From the NCBI GenBank assembly GCA_030390025.1, contig CM059438.1, positions 61,134,001-61,198,000 of the forward strand: 64,000 nucleotides of DNA, read 5' to 3'. This document shows positions 13,196 through 25,780 of this stretch, in pieces; the first letter of the stretch is position 1, and every line of letters begins with the position of its first letter. This DNA comes from Squalus acanthias. Taxonomy: Eukaryota. Below the pieces are notes generated by a model. It was not told the origin of the DNA. It searched no databases and saw only the letters and a program-made list of their open reading frames with translations. The translations under genes were made by a program, and so were the position numbers.

Positions 13196-13771
13196 TGTGT
13201 CCCACCATGCTGTTGAGCTTCACATCTCCAGTAATACCACCCGGGAAACTTAGGGCCCTGCCTTCTACTGCAATTACCCTTTTCACCTCCTCTGTTAGTC
13301 TCCAGGGAATATTTGCTTTCCGATTGTTATGCAGAATGGATGTGGCTCTGAGGTTGGGCCTCATTTACAATGGGCTCATCCTCCTCCAAGTGGGGACTTG
13401 AGTTGGCATTTACATTGCTGATTTTACACCTGGCGCTTACAGTAAATGATGAACAACACAGGATTTCTCCTTTCCCCTCTATCTCGAGCACTAATAGCCT
13501 GACTGCTGCTGTATTGGTGCTTGGGGGTGTTTCCCAGATAGTCCGTAGGGAAGTAGTGAGGATGGGCAGGGATCAAACGTATCCGTCACCTGATATTTTT
13601 TTCTTGTAGTTCAACAGAAAGTTTTTCCCCTACCCCTTTGAGGTTGCAGGCACTGAAATGGTCACAGCAGCACTTAAAGGAGATGTTAACAGGCTGAGCT
13701 TTGCACTCCAGGGGCATGACAGAATCAGGTGGTTTCTACAGTGCACTATGACGACCAACTCTCAACCAATG

Positions 13772-13958
13772 TCTAAAACAGACCATCTAGTCATTTATCT
13801 CATTGCTGTTTGTGGGACCTTGCTGTGTGCAAATTGGCTGCTGCGTTTCCCCACATTACAACAGTGACTACACTTCAAAAGCACTTCACCCTCTCTGATG
13901 TGCTTTGGGATGTCCCGAGGTCGTGAAAGGAACTGTATAAACACAAGTTCTCTCTTTC
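13772..13958 (+). mobile_element. 3' part of Deu-domain SINE (SacSINE1/AmnSINE1-like)
   Basis: cattgctgtttgtgggaccttgctgtgtgcaaattggctgc...acagtgactacacttcaaaa...gggatgtcc tail, also seen reversed at 57112-57298. Confidence 0.7.
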
Positions 13959-14380
13959 TGTAGCTCATGGAGTCTTTTCCCACTTCAATCTGTATTAAAT
14001 TCGCTCATCTTCAATGCCATTCCCGAGCAGAGATTTATCAAACAATTCTTTGATTAAGTTAATCGACACAGCATCAGTTACCTTTAGTTGGGAGCTAAGT
14101 CGTTAGCACTCTCTGCGCACGCCTTTGTGTGTGTGTGTGTGTGTGTATTGGGGATTCGGGGCATGTCCAATTTCAGGCCTGACAATTTTCCATCCGTTGC
14201 AATTGATGAGTAATAATTCACTCCTCGGAGTCTGTCCCACGCATCCTCTGCTCTAATTGGGAGAAAAGAAACTTCTGGAAATAAATCGCAATGTATTCCC
14301 TACCCTGTCTTCCCAGGGGTCTTTGCTGAGCATGGGCACAGGAATACCACAAGCAAGCATTCAAAATAGAAGCTCTCTAC

Positions 14381-14936
14381 CTCAGGGGAGAAACGGAACT
14401 GTTCGCAAACATGAGCGGAGGTGGCTGCCAAGTATGGGCCCTCGTCGAGTGTTTGCAGATCATCACACAGAGGGGTGTGAGCTGGGAAGAGGTCGCAGAG
14501 TGCAAGCTCTCCACTGTCTGGGCCAAGTGAGGAAACAGCTGGGCTGGTCTGTGGCAGGGAGAGCAGTGTCCTGGCTTGAGTTGTGTGTAAACAGGGGGCC
14601 TGTGATTCTCTGCCATCTCCTCACTGTGAACGAGATCCATCTGGCCCTTCAGGAAGGGCAGTCTGTACGTCAGCTGCCAGATGTGAGAAATACCACTGCT
14701 CTCCTTCCCTCCCACTCCCGACTCCCGCCAGCCCCCAGAGTGGGCCCGTTTGTTATTGAACGCAAGCAGGGCTCCCGATTTGCTCCATGAACAGCTGTCA
14801 TTTGACGTCCGTCCAGCGGTGAAGGCTGCTTTATTTTGTGCAAGGCTGAATTTGGAGCGATTGTTGTGAGGGATGTCGGTGCTGGGGGGTGGGAGGGTGA
14901 TGGTCCATGATGGCAGCGTCCTGCCCCCTAATGACC
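14381..14936 (-). CDS. Candidate internal exon of an unidentified gene (184 open codons, Ser/Pro-rich)
   Basis: Frame open from acceptor ...tttgctgcag|GG to donor CTGAG|gtagag, with stops just outside both splice sites; non-repetitive; no recognisable family. Confidence 0.35.
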
Positions 14937-15174
14937 CTGCAGCAAATTCAGAGAGATTTTACAGACATCCAAAAAAGAAATGGGCAATAAAAAAGTGCCG
15001 GAAATGCACAGGAGGATTCAGTCAGCATCTGAAAGAGAAAAGACCGGTTAAAGTTGCACATGAGACTCCCCTGAAAGATACGCCTAACGTTCTCCTTCTG
15101 AGAAAGAGATCGCTAGTAAAGAATTACAATGCGATGTATCTACACATCCGAGGGAGCTTTTTGACTGATGGAAT

Positions 15175-18100
15175 TTATTCCAGGCTCTTCTCTTTGGTAG
15201 AGGAAAGGTTGTTATTTATCAAGAGAGGGCTGAGGGCCGACCTGATAGAGGTCTTTAAGATTATGAATGGGTTTGATAGGGAAGACGTAGAGAAGATGTT
15301 TCTGCTGGTGGGGGAAACCAGAACTTGGAGTCATAAATGTACGGTAGTCACTAATAAATCCAATAGGGAATTCAGGAGAAACTTCTTTACCCAGAGAGTG
15401 GTGAGGATGTGGAACTCACTACCACAGGGAGTGGCTGAGATGAACAGCATAGATGCATTTAAGGGGAAGCTAGATAAGCATGAGGGAGAAAGGAATAGAA
15501 GGATAATTTTTTTTTATTCGTTGTTTTTATGGGAAGTGGGCATCACTGGCAAGGTCAGCATTTATTGCCCATCCCTAATTGCCCTTGAGAAGGTGGTGGT
15601 GAGCAGCCTTCTTGAACCACTGCAGTCCGTGTGGTGAAGGTACTTCCACGGTGCTGTTAGGCAGGGACTTCTAGGATTTTGACCCAGCGACGATGAAGGA
15701 TCGGCGATATACTTCAAAGTCAGGGTGATTTGTGACTTGGAGGGGAACTTGGAGGTGGTGGTTTTCCCATGCGTCTGCTGTCCTTGTCTTTCTAGGTGGA
15801 AGAGTTTGCGGGTTTGGGAGGTGCTGCCGAAGAAGCCTTGGCGAGTTGCTGCAGTGCATCTTGTAGATGGTACACACTGCAACCACGGTTCGCCGTTGGT
15901 GGAGGAGGGAGTGAATGTTTAAGGTGGTGGATGGGGTGCCAATCAAGCGGGCTGCTTTGTCCTGGATGGTGTTGAGCTTCTTGAGTGTTGTTGGAGCTGC
16001 ACTCATCCAGGCAAGTGGAGAGTATTCCATCAACTCCTTACTTGTGCCTTGTAGATGGTAGTAAGGCTTTGGGGAGTCAGGAGGTGAGACACTCGCCACA
16101 GAATACCTAGCCTCTGACCTGCTCTTGTTGCCACAGTATTTATGTGGCTGGTCCAGTTAAGTTTCTGGTCAATGGTGACCCCCAGGATGCTGATGGTGGG
16201 GGATTCGGTGATGGTAATGCCATTGAATGTCAAGGGGCAGTGTTTAGACTCTTGCTTGTTGGAGATAGTTATTGCCTGGCACTTCTGTGGCGTGAATGTT
16301 ACCTGCCACTTATCAGCCCAAGCCTAAACGTCGTCCAGGGCTTGTTGCATGCAGGCATGGACTGCTTCATTATCTGAGGAGTTGTGAATGGCACTGAACA
16401 CTGTGCAGTCATCAGCGAACATCCCCATTTCTGACCTTATGATGGAGGGAAGGTCATTGATGAAGTAGCTGAAGATGGTTAGGCCTAGGACACTGCCCTG
16501 AGGAACTCCTGCAGCGATGATGATTGACCTTCAATCACCACAACCATCTTCCTTTGTGCTAGGTATGACTCCAGCCAGTGGAGAGTTTCCCCCCAATTCC
16601 CATTGACTTCAGTTTTCTAGGGCTCCTTGATGCCACACTCGGTCAAATGCTGCCCCTTGATGTCAAGGGCAGTCACTCTCACCTCACCTCTGGAATTCAG
16701 CTCCTTTGTCCATGTTTGGACCAAGGCTGTAATGAGGTCGGCAGCCGAGTCGTCTTGGCGGAACCCAAACAAAGCATTAGTGAGCAGGTTATTGGTGAGT
16801 AAGTGCTGCTTGATAGCACTGTCGATGACACCTCCCATCACTTTGCTGATGATTGAGAGTAGACTGATGGAGCGGTAATTGGCCGGATTTGATTTGCCCT
16901 GCTTTTTGTGGACAGGACACACCTGGGCGGTTTTCCACATTGTCGGATAGATGGCAGTGTTGTAGCTGTACTGGAACAGCTTGGCTAGAGGCGCGGCTAG
17001 TTCTGGAGCACAAGTCTTCAGCACGATAGCCGGGATGTTGTTAGGGCCCATAGCCTTTGCTGTATCCAGTGCGCTCACCCATTTCTTGATATCACGTGGA
17101 GTGAATCGAATTGGCTAAAGACTAGCTTCTGTGAGGGTGGGGACCACAGGAGGAGGCCGATATGGATCATCCACTCGGCACTTCTGGCTGAAGATGGTTG
17201 CAAACGCTTCAGCCTTGTCTTTTGCACTCACGTGCTGGGCTCCACCATCATTGAGCATGGGGATATTCTTGAAGCCTCCTCCTCCCGTTAGTTGTTTAAT
17301 GGTCCACCACCATTCACGACTGGATGTGACAGGACTGCAGAGCTTTAATCTGATCCGTTGATTGTGGGATCGCTCAGCTTTGTCTACAGCATGCTGCTTC
17401 TGCTTTTTAGCATGCACGTAGTGCTGTGTTGCTGCTTCCCCAGGTTGGCGCCTCATTTTTAGGTACGCCTGGTGCTGCTCCTGGCATGCTCTTCTACACT
17501 CCTTATTGAACCAGGGTTGTTCCCCTGGCTTGATGGTAATGGTAGAGTGAGGGATATGCCAGGCCATGAGGTTACGGATTGTGGTGGAATACAATTCTGC
17601 TGCTGCCCCACAGCTCCTCATGGATGCCCAGTTTTGAGCTGCTAGATCTGTTCTGAATCTATCCCATTTAGCATGGTGGTAGTGCCACATAACACGATGG
17701 AGGGTGTCCTCAGTGTAAAGACAGGACTTCGTCTCCACAATGACTGTGCGGTGGTCACTGCTACCAATACTGTCATGGACAGATGGATTGGTGAGGACAA
17801 GGTCAAGTAGCTTTTTCCCTTGTGTTGGTTCTCTCACCACCTGTCGCAGGCCCAGACTGGCAGCTATGTCCTTTAGGTCTCAGCCAGTAGTTGTGCTACT
17901 GAGCCACTCTTGGTGATGGACATTGAAGTGCCCCACCCAGAGTACATTCTGTGCCCTTGCTACTCTCAGTGCTTCTTCCAAGTGGTGTTCAACATGGAGG
18001 AGTACTGATTCATCAGCTGAGGGAGGGCAGTAGGTGGTAATCAGCAGGAGGCTTCCTTGCCCATGCTTGACCTGAAGCTATGAGACTTCATGAGGTCTGG

Positions 18101-18865
18101 AGGACTCCCAGGGCCACTCCTTCTCGACTGTATACCACTGTGCCGTCACCCCTGGTGGGTCTGGTCTGACCTGTCGGTGGGACAGGACATACCCAGGAAT
18201 GGTGAAGTTTGGGATATTGGCTGAAAGGTATGATTCTGTGAGTATGACTATGTCAGGCTATTGCTTGACTAGTGTGTGGGACAGCTCTCCCAATTTTGGC
18301 ACAAGGTGGTGAGGAGGACTTTGCAGGTTGATCTGGGCTGGGTGTGCCGTTGCCAGGTGGTTTCATTTTTATTTTTATTTTTTTGTTTCGTAGCGGTTTG
18401 TTACAACTGGATGGCTTGCTAGACCATTTCAGAGGGCAGTTAAGAGTCAACCACATTGCTGTGGAGTCACATATCGGCCAGACCAGGTAAGAGACAGCAG
18501 ATTTCCCTCCCGAAAGGGCATTAGTGAACCTGATGGGTTTTTACAATTACTGATACCAGTAATTATTCCACATTTATTTAATTAACTGAATTTAACTGAA
18601 ATTAAATAGGGAATTCAGGAGAAACTTCTTTACCCAGAGGGTGGTGAGGACGTGGAACTCGCTACCACAGGGAGTGGTTGAGATGAATAGCATAGATGCA
18701 TTTAAGGGGAAACTAGATAAGCATATGAGGGAGAAAGGAATAGAAGGATATGCAGATAGGGTGAGATGAAGTAGGGAGAGAGAAGTCTCGTGTGGAGCCT
18801 AAACACCATCATAGACAAGCTGGGCCGAATGGCCTGTTTCCGTGCTGTAAAGTCTATGCAATTTA
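15175..18865 (+). mobile_element. Old CR1 3' fragment split by LINE B
   Basis: RADLIEVFKIMNGFDR...RNFFTQRVVRMWNSLP; uninterrupted paralogue at about 30925-31370. Confidence 0.85.
15506..18604 (-). mobile_element. Near full-length LINE family B, decayed
   Basis: APE and RT fragments (KKLLDLVLTN, GSSDH, NYRSISLLS, ALDIK); A tail at 15506; absent from duplication copy B. Confidence 0.92.
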
Positions 18866-19577
18866 CTCCTCAAATCAATAAGGAACTTAAACAATAAACA
18901 TCAGGTATCATACATTTACTATGTATACAGCACATGCAATGGTCTTAAAGATACACATAAAAGGCAGCATTTGCAAGATAACTTGATGGTTGGGTTGGGG
19001 ATTTAAACATGTTACAGTTCCGAGCTCAGTACCTTAGGCCTTTATGAATCCAAATATTGATTACAAACAGACAGTGGGCAGTTTTCCCTGGCTACGTTAG
19101 GTGCTAAAGAGCCTCCGAGGTGGTCAAGATGGGGTCTTAAACTGCAACGCCGGTTTAGCCCGCGTTTAGCGCAAGTCGCCATCTTGGTAAAGGAGTTGAA
19201 GCGCCTGTTAGCATTCATTAAAGAGGCTGCATGCCATTTCGGTGAGTAGCGCTTCAGTTAACGACCTCTCCCAGCAGCGACCAGCTGAACAGGAGTAAAC
19301 AAGTCGTTGCTGAGGATTCTCGAGTGCTACTTAAAGCCATGCTCAGCTTTCACTGTTCACTTGCTGCTGGAGATCGACTGACTGCACTGCGTTTGAAGAG
19401 GACTTTCGAGACACATCGCGAGACTTTCTGGGATACTTCATCAAGACTTCACCAACAATCTATCAACACTTTTCCCGGAAATTTTCTCAGGATTTCAACT
19501 AAAAAGTGTGACTGCTGTGCTACTCTACCTTACTGGACTCCTTATAGGAGTCACCAGGAGAAAGGGAGTGTTTGGTC

Positions 19578-20984
19578 ATGGGCATCTTGCTCGGGGTCCC
19601 CCTTGGTCTGCAGGAGGAATGGGAGGAGGAGATTGAGACCAAGCAGAGCAGCACCAACTGCGGTAGGAGAGAGGGACAGGAGGGAGAGGAGGGAAGAAAG
19701 TCTCTCAGCAGGAGGTCCTATCCACCCAGAGTATTCAGAGAGCACAACTCCTACATTCAGATGATCCAAGACCAGTGCATGAGAAGGCTGAACTTTACCA
19801 AGGCGGTCACAGAATCACAGAATCACAGAATCCCCACAGTGCAGATAGAGGCCATTTCGGCCCATCGAGCCTGCACCGACACATATCCCACCCTATCCCC
19901 GTAACCCCACGTATTTAATCCCCCTAACACTAAGGGTCAATTTATCATAGCCAAATCAACCTAACCCGCACATCTTTGGACTGTGGGAGGAAACCGGAGC
20001 ACCCGGAGGAAACCCACGCAGACACGGGGAGAATGTGCAAACTCCACACAGACAGTCACCCGAGGCCGCATTCGAACCCGGGTCCCTGGCACTGTGAGGC
20101 AACAGAGATCCATGGCCTCGGTGGAATGAAGACTCAGACCTCACAGCACAGCCAGGATTGCATTGCCTGTGGCAGTCAAGGCCACAGTAGCACTTAATTT
20201 TTATCCGACTGGAAAATTCCAGGCTGCCACAGGTGATATCAGGCACATATTCCAATCTTCTGTGCACTTTTGCATAAGGGAGGTCTCTGTGGCTGTACAC
20301 ACGCTGAGGAATGACTACATATCATTCCCTATTGCCAGAGAAGACCAGAGGCAGAGAGCTCTAGGATTCAACAAGATTGTGGGATTCCCCATGGTCCAGG
20401 GAGCCATTGGCTGTACACATGTGGCCATGCGAGCCCCTCATTTAAACTCGGAGGTGTTCAGGAACAGGAAGGGATTCCATTCCCTCAATGTGCAGCTTGT
20501 CTGCGACCACCTGCAGCGCATCATGCAGGAGAATGCCTGCTATCCAGGGAGCTGCCACGATGCGTTTATAATGAGACAGTCTTCGGTCCCAGAGATCTTT
20601 GAGCCCCAATGCAATGTGCATGGCTGGCTACTAGGTGACAAGGGATACCCTCTGATGCCATGGCTCATCACTCCCCTGAGAAACCTCCAGACATCAGCTG
20701 AGCACTCATCCAATGATAGCCACTCAGTCACCAGGAATATCATTGAGCAGACCATTGGGGTCATCCAGCAGAGGTTTAGATGCCTTGACCTCTGGAGGCA
20801 TCTTGGAGGTGCCCTGCTGTACTCGGCCGAAAAGGTCTCCAGATTCGTGGTGAATTGCTGCATTCTCCACATTCTGGCGATCATGAGAGACCAGTCGTTA
20901 CCACCAGCAATTGTGCCAGGGGGTCAAACTCAGGAGCCACAAGAGGAGGAGAAGGAGGAGGAAGAGGAGGAAGGGGAAGAGTAG
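19578..20984 (+). pseudogene. Harbinger (HARBI1-like) DDE transposase, SINE-interrupted
   Basis: VQGAIGCTH, NRKGFHSLNVQLVCD, YPGSCHDA, LLGDKGYP and RNIIEQTIG motifs; acidic C-terminus. Confidence 0.92.
19809..20100 (-). mobile_element. HE1/V-SINE-like tRNA-derived SINE, 5'-truncated
   Basis: B-box gggttcgaat, V-domain ...gcgtgggtttcctccgggtgctccggtttcctcccac, CR1-type (gattctgt)n tail; flanked by acaga; empty site at about 36705. Confidence 0.9.
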
Positions 20985-21303
20985 GAAGGGGAAGAGGAGG
21001 AAGAGGAAGAGGAGGAAGGGGAAGAGGAGGAAGGGGAAGAGGAGGAGGAGGAAGAGGAAGAGGAGGAAGAGGAAGAGGAGGAAGAGGAGGAAGAGGAAGA
21101 GGAGGAAGAGGAAGAGGAGGAAGGGGAAGAGGAGGAGGAAGAGGAAGAGGAGGAAGTGGAGGAAGAGGAAGAGGAGGGGGAGGAAGAGGAGGAAGAGGAA
21201 GAGGAGGAAGAGGAGGAAGAGGAGGGGGAGGAAGAGGAGGAAGAGGATGAGGAGGAAGAGGAGGAAGAGGAAGAGGAGGGAGTGGAAGAGGAGGAAGAGG
21301 AGA

Positions 21304-21334
<31 letters not shown>

Positions 21335-21664
21335 GGAGGAAGCGGAGGGGAGAAAGAGGAGGAGGAGGAGGAAGGGGAGGAGGAGGAAGAGGAGAAGGCG
21401 GAAGAGGAGGAGGAGGAAGAGGAGTAGGAGGAGAGGAGGGGGAGGAGAGGAGGATGAGGAAGAGGAGGAGGAGGAGAGGAGGGGGTGGAGAGGAGGAGGA
21501 GGAGGAGGAAGAGAGGAGGGGGAGGAGAGGAGGGGGAGGAGGAGGAGGAGAGGAGGGGGAGGAGAGGAGGAGGAGGAAGAGGAGGAGGAGAAGAGGAGGG
21601 GGAGGAGGAGGAGGAGGAGGAGAGGAGGGGGAGGAGAGGAGGAGGAGGAGGAGGAGAGGAGGGG
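20941..21664 (+). repeat. Polypurine (GAG/GAA) expansion at the transposase 3' end
   Basis: About 720 bp almost pure G/A; paralogue at 37545-38051. Confidence 0.97.
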
Positions 21665-21954
21665 AATCAGGGGGAGCTCCAGAGGGTTCCAGGTAGATGG
21701 CCCACACCTGGGACGGATGCTCTACCATCAGACTCCGGAGCACTGTGACCACATGAGGCATCTTCCACGACTGAGGATCCATCAGGAAGTCCAGCATCTG
21801 CACTTAATCCTTTGAAATCCTTCCCACGAAGACCATAATAAAAAAGAGGAAGATTGGTGCATGTGAATGAGTGTATTGACAGGTATGTTTGTGTGTGTGT
21901 GATGCCTCACATGGTGCAGTTATTGAGAAGTGTGTTTTTGAGATGGATTCTTAC

Positions 21955-22186
21955 CTTGACTACTCGTGGGAAGTCATTAAATATTTTGCGGCACAGGCGC
22001 CATGTCCTGGGGGCAGGGCTCCTGGCTGTCACCTCCCGACTGACCTTCTCCCACATGCGCTGCATTACCTGCCTCTGTGGCTTCCTTCCCCCCCATGACA
22101 TCCTTCCTCCTCTGGACCTCCTCCACCAGGACCCCCAGTGTTGTGTCCGAGAACCTGTGCGCCCTCTCCCTCGGTCCCTGAGCCAT
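21955..22186 (-). pseudogene. Harbinger Myb/SANT-like (trihelix) protein, first exon, frameshifted
   Basis: MAQGPRERAHRFSDTTLGVLVEEV.../...MWEKVSREVTARSPAPRTWRLCRKIFND, ending at donor AAG|gtaaga. Confidence 0.82.
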
Positions 22187-22679
22187 CCTGCAATGTTCAC
22201 TTGTCTGTAAGCCAGCGCACTCCATACCCAGCGTGGAAGTGGGTGCGTGGCGACATCATATACTGCTCCAGGAAAATCGCTTCTAATCAGTGGCTGAGTG
22301 CTAAACATGCAGGTTTCCGTTTTAGCTCCTGCAGGCGTTTAAATAATGATAATGATCAATTAGCCCCAAAATTGCGTGCTAAACAGGCGTTTCTTATTAG
22401 CACAGCACCCATTCAGAGCCTGGTTTCACCTTTTCACCGAAATAACCCCCACCCCCCCGCCCCACCCAGTGTTTATACATTTCTCCTACTCCTTCCACAT
22501 GACAATCAACTGAATTCCGCATTACATAATTATATAAAAGTTAAAATACAACTCTATTTATGGAGAATTTCATTGACTTATCCTTGATCAATAACATTAG
22601 ATTTCCTCACTTAACAATCTCTTTTTCCATTGAGCTCCCTTACTTTGTTATTTTATCTGTAATGGTAACCATCAAACTA

Positions 22680-25600
22680 TCGGATTGTCGTAACAACCCA
22701 TCTGGTTCACTAATGTCCTTTCGGGAAGGAAATCTGCCGTCCTTACCTGGTCTGGCCTATATGTGACTCCAGACCCACAGCAATGTGGTTGACTCTTAAC
22801 TGCCTTCTGAAATGGCCTAGCAAGCCACTCTAGTTGTAACAAACCGCTACGAAACACAATAATAAGAATGAAACCGGACGGACCACCCGGCATCGATCTC
22901 GGCACCGGCTACGGACACAGCAACAGCACACCCTGGAAAATCCTCCTCACCAACATCTGGGGACATGTGCCAAAATTGGGAGAGCTGTCCCACAGACTAG
23001 TCAAGCAATAGTCTGACATAGTCATACTCACAGAATTCCAAACTCCTCCATCACCATCCTTGGGTATGTCCTGTCCCACCGGCAGGACAGACCCACCAGG
23101 GATGGCGGCACAGTGGTATACAGTCGGCAAGCAGTAGCCCTGGGAGTCCTCAACATTGACTCCAGACCCCATGAAGTCTCATGGTTTCAGGTCAAGCATG
23201 GGCAAGGAAACCTCCTGCTGATTACCACCTACTGCCCTCCCTCAGCTGATGAATCAGTACTCCTCTATGTTGAACACCACTTGGAAGAAGCACTGAGAGT
23301 AGTAAGGGCACAGAATGTACTCTGGGTGGGGGACTTCAATGTCCATCACCAAGAGTGGCTTGGTAGCACCACTACTGACCGAGCTGGCCGAGTCCTGAAG
23401 GACATAGCTGCCAGTCTGGGCCTGCGACAGGTGGTGAGAGAACCAACACGAGGGAAAAACCTACTTGATCTCGTCCTCACCAATCTACCTGTTGCAGATG
23501 CATCTGTCCATGACAGTATTGGTAGCAGCGACCACCGCACAGTCATTGCGGAGACAAAGTCCTGTCTTCACACTGAGGTCACCCTCCATTGTGTTGTGTG
23601 GCACTACCACCGTGCTAAATGGGATAGATTCAGAACAGAGCTAGCAGCTCAAAACTGGGCATCCATGAGGCGCTGTGGCCATCAGCAACAGCAGAATTGT
23701 ATTCTACCACAATCTGTAACCTCATGGCCCGGCATATCCCTCACTCTACCATTACCATGAAGCCAGGGGACCAACCCTGGTTCAATAAGGAGTGTAGAAG
23801 AGCATGCCAGGAGCAACACCAGGCGTACCTAAAAATGAGGTACCAACCTGGGGAAGCTGCAACACAGGACTACATGCATGCTAAAAAGCGTAAGCAGCAT
23901 GCTATAGATAGGGCTAAGCGATCCCACAAACAACAGATCAGATCAAAGCTCTGCAGTCCTGCCACATCCAGTCGTGAATGGTGGTGGACCATTAAACAAC
24001 TAACAGGAGGAGGAGGCTCCATGAATATCCCCATCCTCAATGATGGTGGAGCCCAGCATGTGAATGCAAAAGACAAGGCTGAAGCGTTTGCAACCATCTT
24101 CAGCCAGAAGGGCCAAGTGGATGATCCATATCGGCCTCCTCCTGAGGTCCCCACTATCACAGAAACCAGTCTTCAGTCAATTCTATTCACTCCACGTGAT
24201 ATCAAGAAACAGCTGAGCGCACTGGATACAGCAAAGGCTATGGGCCCTGACAATATCCCAGCTATTGTGCTGAAGACTTGTGCTTCAGAACTAGTCGCGC
24301 TTCTCGCCAAGCTGTTCCAGTACAGCTACAACACTGGCATCTATCCGACAATGTGGAAAACTGTCTAGGTATGTTCAGTCCACAAAAAGCAGGACAAATC
24401 CAATCCGGGCAATTACCGCCCCATCAGTCTACTCTCAATCATCAGCAAAGTGATGGAAGGCGTCATCGACAGTGCTATCAAGCGGCACTTACTCACCAAT
24501 AGCCTGCTCACTGATGCCCAGTTCGGGTTCCACCAAGACCACTCATCGCCCGACCTCATTACAGCCTTGGTCCAAACATGGACAAATGAGTTGAATTCCA
24601 GAGGTGAGGTGAGAGTGACTGCCCTTGACATCAAAGCAGCTTTTGACCGAGTGTGGCATCAAGGAGCCCTAGTAAAACTGAAGTCAATGGGAATTGGGGG
24701 GAAAACACTCCACTGGCTTGAGTCATACCGAGCACAAAGGAAGATGGTTGTGTTGGTTGAAGGTCAATCATCACAGCCGCAGGACATCACTGCAGGAGTT
24801 CCTCAGGGCAGTGTCCCAGGCCCAACCATCTTCAGCTGCTTCATTAATGACCTTCCCTCCAACATAAGGTCAGAAATGGGGATGTTCGCTAATGACTGCA
24901 CAGTGTTCAGCGCTATTCACAACTCCTCAGATAATGAAGCAGTCCATGCCAGCATGCAACAAGACTTGGACGACATTCAGGCTTGGGCCGATAAGTGGCA
25001 GGTAACATTCGCGCCACTGAAGTGCCAGGCAATGATTACCTCCAACAAGCGAGAGTCTAACCACCGCCCCTTGACATTCAACGGCATTACCATCGCCGAA
25101 TCCCCCACTGTCAACATCCTGGGGGGTCACCATTAACCAGAAACCTAACTCGACCAGACACATAAATACTGTGGCAACAAGAGCAGGTCAGAGGCTGGGT
25201 ATTCTGCAGCGAGTGTCCCACCTCCTGACTCCCCAAAGCCTTTCCACCATCTACAAGGATCAAGTAAGGAGTGTGATGGAATACTCTCCACTTGCCTGGA
25301 TGAGTGCAGCTCCAACAACACTCAAGAAGCTCGACACCATCCAAGACAAAGCAGCCCGCTTGATTGGCACCCCATCCACCACCTTAAACATTCACTCACT
25401 CCACCACCGGCGTACCGTGGCTGCAGTGTGTACCACCTACAAGATGCACTGCAGCAACTCGCCAAGGCTTCTTCGGCAGCACCTCCCAAACCCGCGACAT
25501 CTTCCACCTAGAAGGACAAGGGCAGCAGGCACATGGGAACACCACCACCTCCAAGTTCCCCTTTAAGTCACACACCATCCTGACTTGGAAGTATATCGCC

Positions 25601-25780
25601 GATCCTTCATCGTCGCTGGGTTAAAATCCTGGAACTCCCTCCCTAACAGCACTGTGGGAGTACCTTCACCACACGGACTGCGGCGGTTCAAGAAGGCTGC
25701 TCACCACCACCTTCTCAAGGGATTGGCAATAAATGCTGGCCTTGCCAGCGACGCCCCCATCCCATAAACGAATAAAAAAA
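22680..25780 (+). mobile_element. Near full-length LINE family B (~3.1 kb), decayed
   Basis: APE (TTYCPP, GDFNVHH, LDLVLTN, SDH) plus RT (ALDIKAAFDRVWH, GVPQGSV, FAND); AATAAA and A tail. Confidence 0.93.

Larger units (their letters stand above)
19076..22450 (+). mobile_element. PIF/Harbinger DNA transposon, autonomous-type, decayed (copy A); right end approximate
   Basis: Left terminus gggcagttttccc; Harbinger transposase (+) and convergent Myb/SANT-like gene (-). Confidence 0.85.

Noticed and set aside
14578..14605. PVYTQL resembling the SoxE C-terminal motif
   Set aside because: Six-residue match only, internal rather than terminal, with no HMG box or other Sox similarity
20855..21815. 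Arg-rich (protamine-like), RGG-rich and poly-Glu/Leu ORFs
   Set aside because: Translations of a polypurine tract that is open in nearly all frames
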